Source of the DNA: Ancylonema sp.
Taxonomy: Eukaryota
Direction: 5' to 3'
Length of the DNA stretch: 64,000 nucleotides
Assembly: GCA_050230475.1 (NCBI GenBank)
Contig: JBFLGF010000093.1
Location: forward strand, 62,001-126,000
Under the pieces are notes generated by a model, which was not told where the DNA came from, ran no database searches, and saw only the letters and a program-made list of their open reading frames with translations. Shown piece by piece: positions 12,806-23,124 of this stretch. The first letter of the stretch is position 1, and every line of letters begins with the position of its first letter. The translations under genes and the position numbers were made by a program.

Positions 12806-13447
12806 TAGGAAGACTGATGGGGGTGCCCGAGGGTGTGACATGATAGTGTGAACCAGGATGGAGGACTTCAAGACCTTTCAAAGCTGAAACCTTTCCCGAA
12901 ATCCCAAATTCATTTGCCGTTCATCCGTTCACTTTCGTTCAAAAGCCTTATCTCGGTAAAATTCGTTGTCTTAAAAACTTTAACCTTTCATTTGCTGAAA
13001 CATGTGAAAAGTGTAAAAAAGTTGACGCTTCAAAATTGTAACTTTGGCATGTTATCTTTGTTTGAAGTGAAACTTTGGCATGTATGTTTGTATTGGTGTG
13101 TTGAGTGTTGTCACAAAATCTCAAGTCGTGTAAACATATTGTTAAAGAGTTGTGCAAAGTTCAAGTTTTCTCACTACACGGATGAAAAAGTGAAAAAGTG
13201 AAAAAGTGAAAAACGGTTTCTTTTTTGCTTTGTTTTTCACTCACGTGTGGTATTTGTCTGTATGTTCAAGGCTTCGGCCCGACAAACGAGTATGGAGCGG
13301 GAGCGTGTGAAGTTCAAGCGAGTATGATTTTTGATTTAGATAGGAGCCCCTAGTTTGCCTTCATGACTAGGGAAGACCAAAATACCCGATTTCAATGTAG
13401 GGTAGTCCTCTTTTACACTTAGACAATGCCAATCAAGGCAAGTGATC

Positions 13448-13939
13448 CGAGGGGGTGTGCTAGGATTTGTTCGGATAGGCGCCTACTTGACTTGATTGCC
13501 TAGTCCGGAATAATTGCCTAAGTCTTTTGTTGCACGGAGCCGGGTCCACCACACCCGGGCATCCGTCCGCCTTTGCACGTGTCCACAATTTTACGGCGTG
13601 TCAGTATCTAGTTGTCGTAAGATATGTCAGAACGACTCTAGGGCGGTGTCATCAATCCATCGGCTAGAATGATTGGAGTCAGTTTAGTCCGGCAAGTTGC
13701 CGTAGATCTTTCATGCGATGCTAGTTTGTGATTGGCCGACGGTTAAAGTTCCGACCGTCGGCTGTAGAAAAGTGTCCGAGCTAATTTATCCGTTGTATGA
13801 TCGTCGGGATACTTTACTCCCGACGATGACACTTTTACAATAAATGTTCACAAGCAAATCTCCTGTCGTACGGAAAAGCATCTTTGCGTTGTAGCCTGAT
13901 TTTGAGTAACGAGTGCAATTGGCCAATCGAACGCTAAAA
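13448..13939 (+). repeat. PPT and 3' LTR of element E (LTR 13458-13939)
   Basis: CGAGGGGGTG immediately before TGCTAGG; matches the solo LTR 9067-9551; ends ACGCTAAAA. Confidence 0.9.
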
Positions 13940-13982
13940 GCTTATGAATCTAACTACTTGGCCTCTACCTCTGAACCAGCCG
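13940..13982 (+). pseudogene. 43-bp gag fragment of gypsy element H
   Basis: Translates AYESNYLASTSEPA and continues in frame on the minus strand from 29838 (ASPPEPTPTLQDLVPADPPKFDG...). Confidence 0.75.
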
Positions 13983-15175
13983 TGTAATATATCGCCACAC
14001 GGCAATATAAATGACGTTATTTGCAAATAACAAACACATACGACTCGAACGTATCGACACGCTGTGTCCGCAGTCTGCACCAGCTAGAGCTTGTTCAATT
14101 AGTGAATGCTCTGCAGGGTGCGGCGTGTATGTTTGAAGCGGAGCTCACGATCGAATCGTGCACAAGCTCATGTTTAGTTGACGGAAAGCCCCCTCAGCTG
14201 ACAATGGTTCGCCCAGGCCACTAGAAATGTAATATATCGCCACAGGGCAATATAAATCACGTTATTCGCAAATAACAAACACATACGACTCGAACGTAAT
14301 CGACACGCTGTGTCCGCAATCTGCACCAGCTAGAGCTTGTTCAATAATGAATTGGTGAATACTCTGCAGGCTGCGGCGTGTATGTTTGAAGGCGGAGCTC
14401 TCGATCGAATCGTGCACAAGCTCGTCTTCAGCTGAGGGTAAATCGCACCCCAGCTGCCAGTGGTTCGCCCAGTCCACTGGAAAAGCTCTATGAGCTATGT
14501 CGATGCGGGGTGGAATTCCGCAAGCGACGTTTGACTTGCGTCATGTACGGCTGAATCCAAACGAACGGACGGGGACTTTGACCCGTCAAAAGACCCGTCG
14601 ACATAATAGATAGTTACCGGCTCCATGCGGGGGCGGTAATATCTAATAATAAACAAGTATTAATTGGCGCAACCTTGCGCCAGGTATTGATAATACTTAG
14701 GCGGGGCGCAGGCCCGAGGCCGGCGTCCCTCTCTGTAAGCAACTCTGTTTATAGGCGCAATCGATAATTAACTTAAGTATCGACAAAACAAGAGTAATGC
14801 ACAAACGCGCACGTCACTCCGTTACAGGAAAGCTCTAGAGCTCAAACTGTCGATGCGGGATGGAATCCGCAAACGACGGTTGACTTACGTCATGTACGGC
14901 TCAATCCGTACGCACGGACGGAGACTTTGACCCATCAAAGGACCCGTCGAAATAAAAGACAGTTACCGGCTCCATGCGGGGGCGGTAATATCTAATAATA
15001 AACAAGTATTAATTGGCGCAACCTTGCGCCAGGTATTGATAATACTTAGGCGGGGCGCCGGCCCGAGGCCGGCGTCCCCATCTATAAGCAAATTTGCTTA
15101 TAGGCGCAATCGATAATTAATTCAATTATCGAAAAAACAAGAGTAACGAACAAACGCGCACGTCACTCCGTTACA
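13983..15175 (-). repeat. 3' LTR of chromovirus C containing a nested same-family solo LTR (14228-14826)
   Basis: Both are reverse complements of LTR 29844-30434 (TGTAAC...ATTACA). The inner copy is flanked by AGAAA/GGAAA. Confidence 0.9.
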
Positions 15176-15210
15176 CTCGCACAATGTCCGCATTGATCAT
15201 AAAAGAGTAA

Positions 15211-16128
15211 CTAGGACTTAAACCGTTTCCGCAATCCAGACCGGATTTGTACGTCGGAAAACGTTGTTCCAACTGTGCGCTTAATACTCTTCGCACTGTT
15301 GTCCTTAGCTTTTGATATGCCTTTTTGCCTAGCCAGGAATTTAGTTACCAGCAGTGGCGCTGATTTTTCGATAACTATCGCTGGTTCCCAAGTGTTATGT
15401 TCAGGTCCATAATCCAACCACTTGACCAGAAATTCACGTCGTGTGCCACGGCCGACTTTTAGAAATTGGAAATCGATAAGTTTTTCGATTTCATATTCCA
15501 TGTTAGCTTCCACGGGAACCGCCGGTGGAATCGGCGATTTACCCGCTACAAAACGCCGAAATTAACTCACATGAAAAACATTGTGAATTTTCCGATGCAC
15601 GGGCAACTCCAATTGGTAGGCAACTTCACCGATTCTGGCCAACACCTTAAACGGACCACTGACTTTAGGCCAGAGTTGACTGGGCCCGGGTGTTGATAGA
15701 GTGATCCTCCTAGTAGATAGAAGAACACTACTCCCAACAGAAAATCGTTCCACCAATCTTCTGCGGTTGTCAGCATTCATTTTTTGCCTTGCTTGAGCCT
15801 CTTGATAACTCTTCCGAGCCTTCTTTAAGAGTCTGTCAATTTGGGCACGAAAACGTTCAGCAGCAGGGTTCCAATCTCCTGGCTGTCCCGTTTGCAGACG
15901 AGCACTTGTTCGAAGGGTTAACGGTGTCTTTGGGTGCTGACCGCCATTCATCTCGAATAGAGTACACTGGATGGTTTCTTGCCAAGCGTTGTTTATCGAA
16001 AACTTTGCCAATGGCAACCAATCCTCCCAATCGGACATGTCGACATCGATGAAGCAACGAAGATATTGCTCCAAAGTTCGATTGGTCCTTTCGGTTTGCC
16101 CCTCGATTTGAGGATGAAAAGAAATACT
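15211..16128 (-). pseudogene. Gypsy integrase C-terminal half with GPY/F motif and chromodomain (element C)
   Basis: [28 protein letters not shown]...FHVS, then EYEIEKLID...EFLVKWLDYGPEHNTWEP; one internal stop. Confidence 0.9.
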
Positions 16129-16922
16129 GTAGGCGACTGTAGAGTAGCTGGCTATGAACTTCCTGTAGAAGTCAGCAAAGCCCAAGAAGGACTGCACCTC
16201 ATTGACTGACTAGGGAATTGGCCAGTCAAAGAGAGAGACCACCTTCTCGGGGTCCATCTCCACGCCCGGAGGGGAGATCTTGTAGCCTAGGAAGCTGATG
16301 GTGTCCACATGGAACTCGCGTTTCTCGATCTTGGCAGATAGCTTGTGCTTCCGTAGGACTGCCAGGACAAAACGGACGTGGGGGACGTGCTTCTCGGGGG
16401 TGTCTGAGTTGATGATCATGTCGTCTAGCATGCTTGCTAGGAAGACATCCAAATACTCCCGGAACACATGTGTAATAAAGGACTGAAAGGCTGCGGAGGC
16501 ATTGGTCGGCCCGAAAGGGTAGACCCGGTACTCGAAATGCCCGTAGCGGCAGCGGAACGAAGTCTTGTACTCATCCCCTTCCTTGACCCGCAACTGATGA
16601 TAAGCATTGCGCAGGTCGATTTTGGTGAAGACCTTGGCGCTGTGGAGGCGATCCAGCAGCTCAGGTATGAGGGGGAGAGGGCAACGATTCTTGACTGTGA
16701 CTGCATTGAGTTGCTTGTAGTCGACGCATAGCCTCAGCTTTCCGTCTGGATTCTTAATGAACATCACACAGGCCCTCCCGGACTGGTAGACGGCCGAATG
16801 AAGCCGTTTGTCAGGTTGTCCTTCATGTAGGTCTTAAGGGTAGCAAGTTCAGATTCCGACAGGGAATATATCGGCCCCCAGGGGGGTTCTTTGCCTGGCA
16901 GGAGGGGATCTCTAAGTCGTAG
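16129..16922 (-). pseudogene. Gypsy reverse transcriptase of element H
   Basis: [47 protein letters not shown]. Confidence 0.9.
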
Positions 16923-17341
16923 GACCATAAGCCGCGCCTAGAGGGGGGGGTACTGTTAGGACCCTCGCTATAGTCCCTAGGGCTCCTTAGCGAGTTCCCT
17001 AACCTAGCGCTACTAGCCGAGTGTGCTAGTTGCGAGTGTGTGTTCTTGTACCGCGACTTGGGTCGCTCTAGGGAGAGCTAGAGCTCTTGGAGAGTTTCGC
17101 TATTGTTATATCGAGTGTTGATCGCTTATAGCGACTAGTTCTTGTATGCGACTTCAGTTGTTCCCACATTTGGAGTGAAGTCGCTAGCCGAGATTTCACT
17201 ATATAGTTCGAGTTAGGATTGAGGATTTCTCACTCATAACATCTCATGTACTCACATACTTTTATACACTTTTCCCATCGTGTCATTGTCATTTCCCTTT
17301 GTGAGTGTTCATAGATCCTTTCCCCTCCCGGGTCTAACACT

Positions 17342-17351
17342 ATGTTAGGAG
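17342..17351 (+). promoter_or_regulatory. Self-priming PBS ATGTTAGGAG
   Basis: Lies 2 nt after the LTR end and is not tRNA-like. Complementary to LTR 17233-17242 (9/10; 10/10 in the copy at 40026-40035), which is about 30 nt downstream of TATATA at 17200-17205. Repeated at 35326-35335. Confidence 0.75.
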
Positions 17352-18585
17352 CCAAAATTTTGTGAGGTTCTTTTTCGGTTTTCCACCTAGTGAGCTTCAT
17401 TCTTTAGGGTTTCCCACCCCTCTCCCCCCCATCTTTCAGATTTTCCTTCTTCATTTCTGTCATTTTTCTTCCCATTTCTCATGGATTCAGATTCGCGTTA
17501 TGACGACTTAATTCGACAAATGCAGGAAATGAAGGCAACTTTCGATATCCAATATGTCGTCTCACACGTGAAAATGAGGAACTCCGTTACAAAGCTAGCG
17601 TCTATGAGGAGGCCGGATCTACTCGGCCCACATTTTCTGAGTTCCAACAAATACCTCTAGCTGATGAGTCTCCCTACACTCAGCCTTCCCCTAACCAGCA
17701 GTCCTATACCCAGCCCGCCCCCCCCCCCCATGTTGTTTTACTATCCTCACCCACCAGCCCCTACCCCAGCCCCTGACCTTAACCTATACCCCTGCCTCCT
17801 ATGTTCTCGGTCTCGGGCAAGTCAGCAGATCTGCAAAACTTCCGTTTTGGGGTTACCCAACACATTCTGGGCAGCCCCCCCCCTACGCTATCACACTACC
17901 AGATCTAAACTGATTCTGGCGGGCAATCTGCTGGACAGCATGGCCAAGAGCTGGTTCCGCTCCGTCTGCGATCGATCCAGTCACCGCAGAGCCCCCCACA
18001 AACTGGACCCTGGCAGACTTCTTCCAGGAACTCGACGACACATTCGGCACTTTCGGGAGAGGATTAGGCAGCCCTCGAACGCCGCCTGCACGAGTTGCAA
18101 CACACGGGATCAGTGACTAAGCTTTCTGTTCGGTTCAGGGACATCACCAACACCTTCCAGCCGCGCTGGACGGACCCCTCCCTGATTTTCAACTTTAAAG
18201 CCAAACTGAAACCTTCGATTCAGAGCGAGCTGGCGCGTTCTACACAACCCCCCACCTTCTCCGCCTGTGTGAAAGCTGCTGGCCTGGTCGAAACCAACCT
18301 CGCCAATAGTCGTCGCATCGACGCTGCAACCCGCAAACCGCCCTACACTCCCCTATACCAAGCCTCTGGCCCCACCCCCTCCTACCTCCAAGAAGTCAGC
18401 CCCATGGAACTCGATGGCACCCGGCGCAAACGGCTCCAGCTGGAATCCACAGAATATGATAGGCGCAAGAAGGGAAACCTCTGCATGTACTGTGGAGACG
18501 CGGGCCATAACCGCGACTCCTGCCCGGCGAAGCCAGCCAACCAGGCCCGCCAAGTCCGCTTTCTGGACACTTCTCCTGACCAGCC

Positions 18586-18630
18586 AAAAAACGATGCCCC
18601 CGGACAGTCCTAGGGGGGGTCTGTCTGGGC
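18586..18630 (+). promoter_or_regulatory. -1 ribosomal frameshift signal between gag and pol
   Basis: In-frame A AAA AAC followed by a CCCGGACAG...CTGTCTGGG stem; the -1 frame leads into the protease region. Repeated at 19217 and 36547. Confidence 0.7.
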
Positions 18631-21600
18631 ATGGTTTTTTCCCCCTCCCACCCCATCCCCAACCCAGCCCCCCAGCCCCGCCACCTGTACCTCTAGACCA
18701 CGCAGCCCTCGAACGCTGCCTGCACGAGTTGCAACACACGGGATGAGTGGCTGAGTTGTCTGTTCGGTTCAGGGACATCACCAACACTTTCCAGCCGCGT
18801 ACCTTCCAGCCGCGCTGGACGGACCACTCCCTGATTTTCAACTTCAAAGCCAAACTGAAACATGCGATTCAGAGCGAGCTGGCGCGTTCTACACAACCCC
18901 CCACCTTCTCCGCCTTTGTGAAGGCTGCTGGCCTGGTCGAAACCAACCTCGCCAACAGTGCCACCAGCAAACCGCCCTACACCCCCCCCACCAAGTCTCT
19001 GCCCCCATCCCCTCCTACCTCCAAGAAGTCACCCCCATGGAGCTCGATGGCACCCGGCGCAAACGGCTGCAACTGGAACCCACAGAATATGCTAGGCGCA
19101 AGAAGGGAAACCTGTGCATGTACTGTGGAGGCGCCGGCCATAACCGCGACACCTGCCCGGAGAAGCCGGCCACAGGCCCGTGATGTCCGCTTTCTAAACA
19201 CTTCCCCCGACCAGCCAAAAAACGATGCCCCCGGACAGTCCTAGAAGGGGTCTGTCTAGGCGTGGTCCATCCCCCTTCCCACCCCATCCCCAACCCAGCC
19301 CCTCAGCCCCGTCACCTGTACCTCTCGGTCCAGCTGCTCCAGTACCCTCTTTCCCCCATTTCCGTAAACGCCCTCATCGATTGCGGCGCGTCCGGAAACT
19401 TCGTAGACCCCCACGCCTGCTCGCTCAGCACCCACCTGGGCCACCATTCCCCACCCCACACCCATCCAAAGTGGAGCTGATTGATGGCAACGCTCCGTCC
19501 GCAGGCCCTATTACGCATTTCTACAAGGGCCTGTTGCGCTGTCTGGGGTCCCATACCGAAACACTCCAGTTTGACGTAACCCGCCTAGCCCACTTTCCCA
19601 TGGTGCTAGGCTACTCTTGGCTCTGGCGCCACAACCCGTCCATCGATTGGCAGGCAGGCGCTCTGCGGTTCACGTCCCCCCACTGCCAGAGTGCATGCCT
19701 GCCAGCCGCGCTCAGTTTCCCCCACCCACTTCTCACAACCCCCCCCCCCAAAAGTTCCCCCTCCTCCGCTCATTGCTGTCAGTTCCCTACCCATCCCCGC
19801 CCCCCCAGACGATTTCCCTATCCTCCCACCCATCCCCGCCCCCTCAGACCTTGAACTGCTGTCTAAACTTCCCCCCGAGTACCACGACTACGCACACGTG
19901 TTCTCGGAATCAGCGGCCAATACCCTGCCCCCTCACCGCCCCTATGATCTGGAGATACCCCTCTTGACAAGGAAAGAACCACCTTGAGGACCCATCTACC
20001 ACATGTCAGAACCGGAGCTGGCTACTCTGAAGCAATACATCTCTGACAACCTGGCAAACGGATTCATCAGACCATCTGTTCATTAAGAAACCCGATGGCA
20101 AGCTCCGACTCTGCGTGGACTACAGAGGTTTGAATGCGGCTACAGGTAAAGAACCGCTATCCCCTACCCCTCATACCTGAGATGCTGGATCGCTTGCACC
20201 GGGCGAAAATCTTTACGAAGATCGACTTGCGAAACGCTTACCACCAGGTGCGGGTGAAGGAGGGGGACGAGTGGAAGACTGCGTTCCGAACCCACTACGG
20301 CCACTTTGAGTTCCGTGTCTGTCCGTTCGGGCCCTGCAATGCCCCAGGATGTTTCCAACACTTCATCAATGACATCTTTCGCGAGCACCTAGACGTCTTC
20401 CTGGCGGGCATGCTTGACGACATGGTGATCTACTCGACAGACTAGGAAGAGCACGTTACCCAAGTCCGCCAGGTCCCGGATATCCTAAGACATAACAAGC
20501 TCTACGCAAAGATTGAGAAATGCGCGTTCCACCAGGACACCATTACCTTCCTCGGCTACCAAGTCTCCCCAGCTGGGGTGGAGATGGACCCGGCAAAGGT
20601 GACGTCTGTGCTCGACTGGCCTACCCCTACGTCTGTCAAGGAGGTGCAGTCTTGGGGTTCGCAAACTTCTACTGCAAGTTCATAAACCACTACTCTACCG
20701 TGGCCTGCCCCCTGACTACGCTCACCCGAAAAGGCGTGAAGTTTTGCTAGACACCAGAGGCCCAGGTCGCTTTTGACTCCCTCAAGCAGGCCTTCACATC
20801 TGCACCCATCCATCCTCAAACACTTCCACCCCACCCTCCCCATAACCCTCGATCGAAGCCGACGCCTCCGTCCGACTTCGGCCTTGGCTGCGTCCTCAGC
20901 CAGACGTCCGCTGCCGGCGAGCTACACCCCATCGCTTTCTACTCCCGAAAGCTCGGAGGCCGAGCTAAACTACCCCATCTATGACAAAGAGCTGCTGGCT
21001 ATCGTCAACGGGTTTCACCAATGGCGCGTCTATTTGGAGGGCGCGGCTCATCCTATTGTGGTCTACACAGACCATAAAAACCTGGAGTACTTCCATGGCG
21101 CCCGCACTACCTCCCGCCGCCACGCTCGCTGGGCAGAGACACTGGCTGCCTACGATTTCACTATCGTCTACCGAAAAGGGGAGACTAACAGAAAACCTGA
21201 TGCTCTCTCCCGCCGTCCCGACTACCTGCCAGACCCAATCCCCGAACTCCCAATCCTCTACCCGATTCCCTTTCCCCAATTTCCCCCCCGGACGATTTCC
21301 CTATCCTTTCCCCCCCCCCTCCGAGCTGCTACGCTTTTCATCTCCCCCACGGACCCCATATTACCTGTTACCCGTGACGCGCAACTTCTCGACCCTGCCA
21401 CTCTCGCCATCCGCAAACAACTGGCTATAAGACCTGAGGGGGAATCAAACCCCCTCGAACCCTCAGGCAGGTCATCTTCCTATTGTCTACGCAAATGATT
21501 TGCTGTACCGACATCATCGCTTGGTCATCCCACCTAGTGCTACGTCCCTGATACTCCAATCCTCAAGCAATTCCACGACGCGCCCCTTGCAGGCCATTAC

Positions 21601-22077
21601 GGCGTTGCTCGCACGCATGCGCTCGTGGCGCAGGACTTCTACTGGCCGGGAATTTCTACTGCAGTGGAGGCCTACGTCCGCACCTGTGACACATGTGCGC
21701 GGAATAAGCCCGTCCGCCATGCACCCTACGGCCTGCTATCCCCAAATCCTATTCCTGATCCTCCATGGAGCGGTATATCCATGGATTGGATCACAGACCT
21801 CCCGCCATCTAACTACCACGATGCGATTCTCGTGGTGGTCGACCGTCTCACTAAGGCTGCTCACTTCATTCCTACGACAAAGGCGATACCAGCTCCTGAC
21901 GTCGCTGCCATTTTCTTGCGGGAGGTGGTACGGCTCCATGGCATGCCCTCCACCATCATTTCCGACCGCGATCCAGTCTTTACCAGCCGTTTTTTGAGAC
22001 GGCTGCTGGCGGTATCCACGCCAACCGCTCGACTTTGTGTTCATCAAACTAGATCCTTTCCCCTTCCGGGTCTAACA

Positions 22078-23124
22078 CATAGGGCCTGTGGGGGGGGAGG
22101 GCGTTGGCTGCTTGTTCAGAGAACACGTCGGCATAGTCGTGGTACTCTAGAGGGAGCTTGGCTAACACGGCAGGGTCTGGGTTGGTTTGGACAGCACCTA
22201 AAACTGCGGGGTTTGGATGGGGATCGGGAGGGGGGTGGGGGGGGAGGGGGAATGGACTGCAAACAGAGGAAAGCACACTGGGAGCCGCTGAAGGTCAAGG
22301 AGCGTGCGTGCTAGTCAATTGTGGGGTTGTGTTTGTGCAGCCAGGGGAAGCCGAGGATGACAGGGCAGTGGGCCAGGCAGGCGGTATGGTTTCGTGGGGT
22401 TCGGAGCTGGGCTGGGTAAAAACAGGTGATAGGTCCGGCAGCCGGAGGGCTGCCGTCGATAAGTTCAACCTGTAGGGGGTGGGGGTGGGGGTGGGTGAAG
22501 AGGTTGTTGTCTGCCAGGATCTGGGGGTCGATAAAGTTGCCAGATGCCCCAGAATCGATTAACACCTGAACTGAGATGGGGGTAAGGGGGTATCGTAGAA
22601 TCTGGCAGACCATCAGAAGTTGGCGAGGTTGGGGAAAAGGGGAGGGTAGGGATGGGGAACCCGCACAGACCCCTCCTAGGAGTGTGGGGGAAATTCATGT
22701 TTTGACTCCTCAGGCTGCACTTCTAGGAAGCGAACGTGATGGCGGGGGTTTCTATTAGAGGGACAATTCCTCAGGACATGGCCGGCTAGGCCACAGTAGT
22801 GGCACAGGCCGCCATCCTTGCGGCGCTGCAACTCTCCAGGCTGCAGCGCCGCAAGGATCTGCTTGCGGGTGCCATCAAGCTCCATGGGGATTGCCTGAAG
22901 GTGAGGGGGAATGGGCTGGGGAATCAGATCTGGGACAACAAATCTGGCATGGGGATACATGTATGCAGGTTTGGGGGGCCGGTCCAGACTGCTGGTAGCC
23001 ATGCTGTTCTCCATCTTCTTGACAAAGGTCTCCGAGAAAGTCTCGTGGTGAACCTGCACCTTGAGGATCTCTCTGCGAAGCTCAGGCTTGAGCTTTTCGA
23101 AGAAGGTGTAGATGCAGGGGTGGT
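22078..23124 (-). pseudogene. Element H gag C-terminus and protease
   Basis: CHYCGLAGHVLRNC knuckle, LIDSGASGNF, then LPLEYHDYADVFSEQAANALPPHRPY, which continues at 16922. Confidence 0.9.

Larger units (their letters stand above)
16954..22077 (+). mobile_element. Tcn1/Tf1-like Ty3/gypsy element D, decayed, inserted into H
   Basis: 5' LTR 16954-17339 (TGTTAG...CTAACA); gag from 17481 with CMYCGDAGHNRDSC; protease LIDCGASGNF; RT, RNase H (NYPIYDKELLAI) and IN core to about 22034; 3' LTR remnant 22035-22077. Confidence 0.9.

Noticed and set aside
15211..15513. Stand-alone host chromodomain gene
   Set aside because: Same frame as the upstream integrase across one premature stop, and adjacent to an LTR.
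15562..16197. 211-aa ORF as a natural RT-integrase protein
   Set aside because: Chimeric junction of two elements; lacks RNase H and the IN N-terminus.
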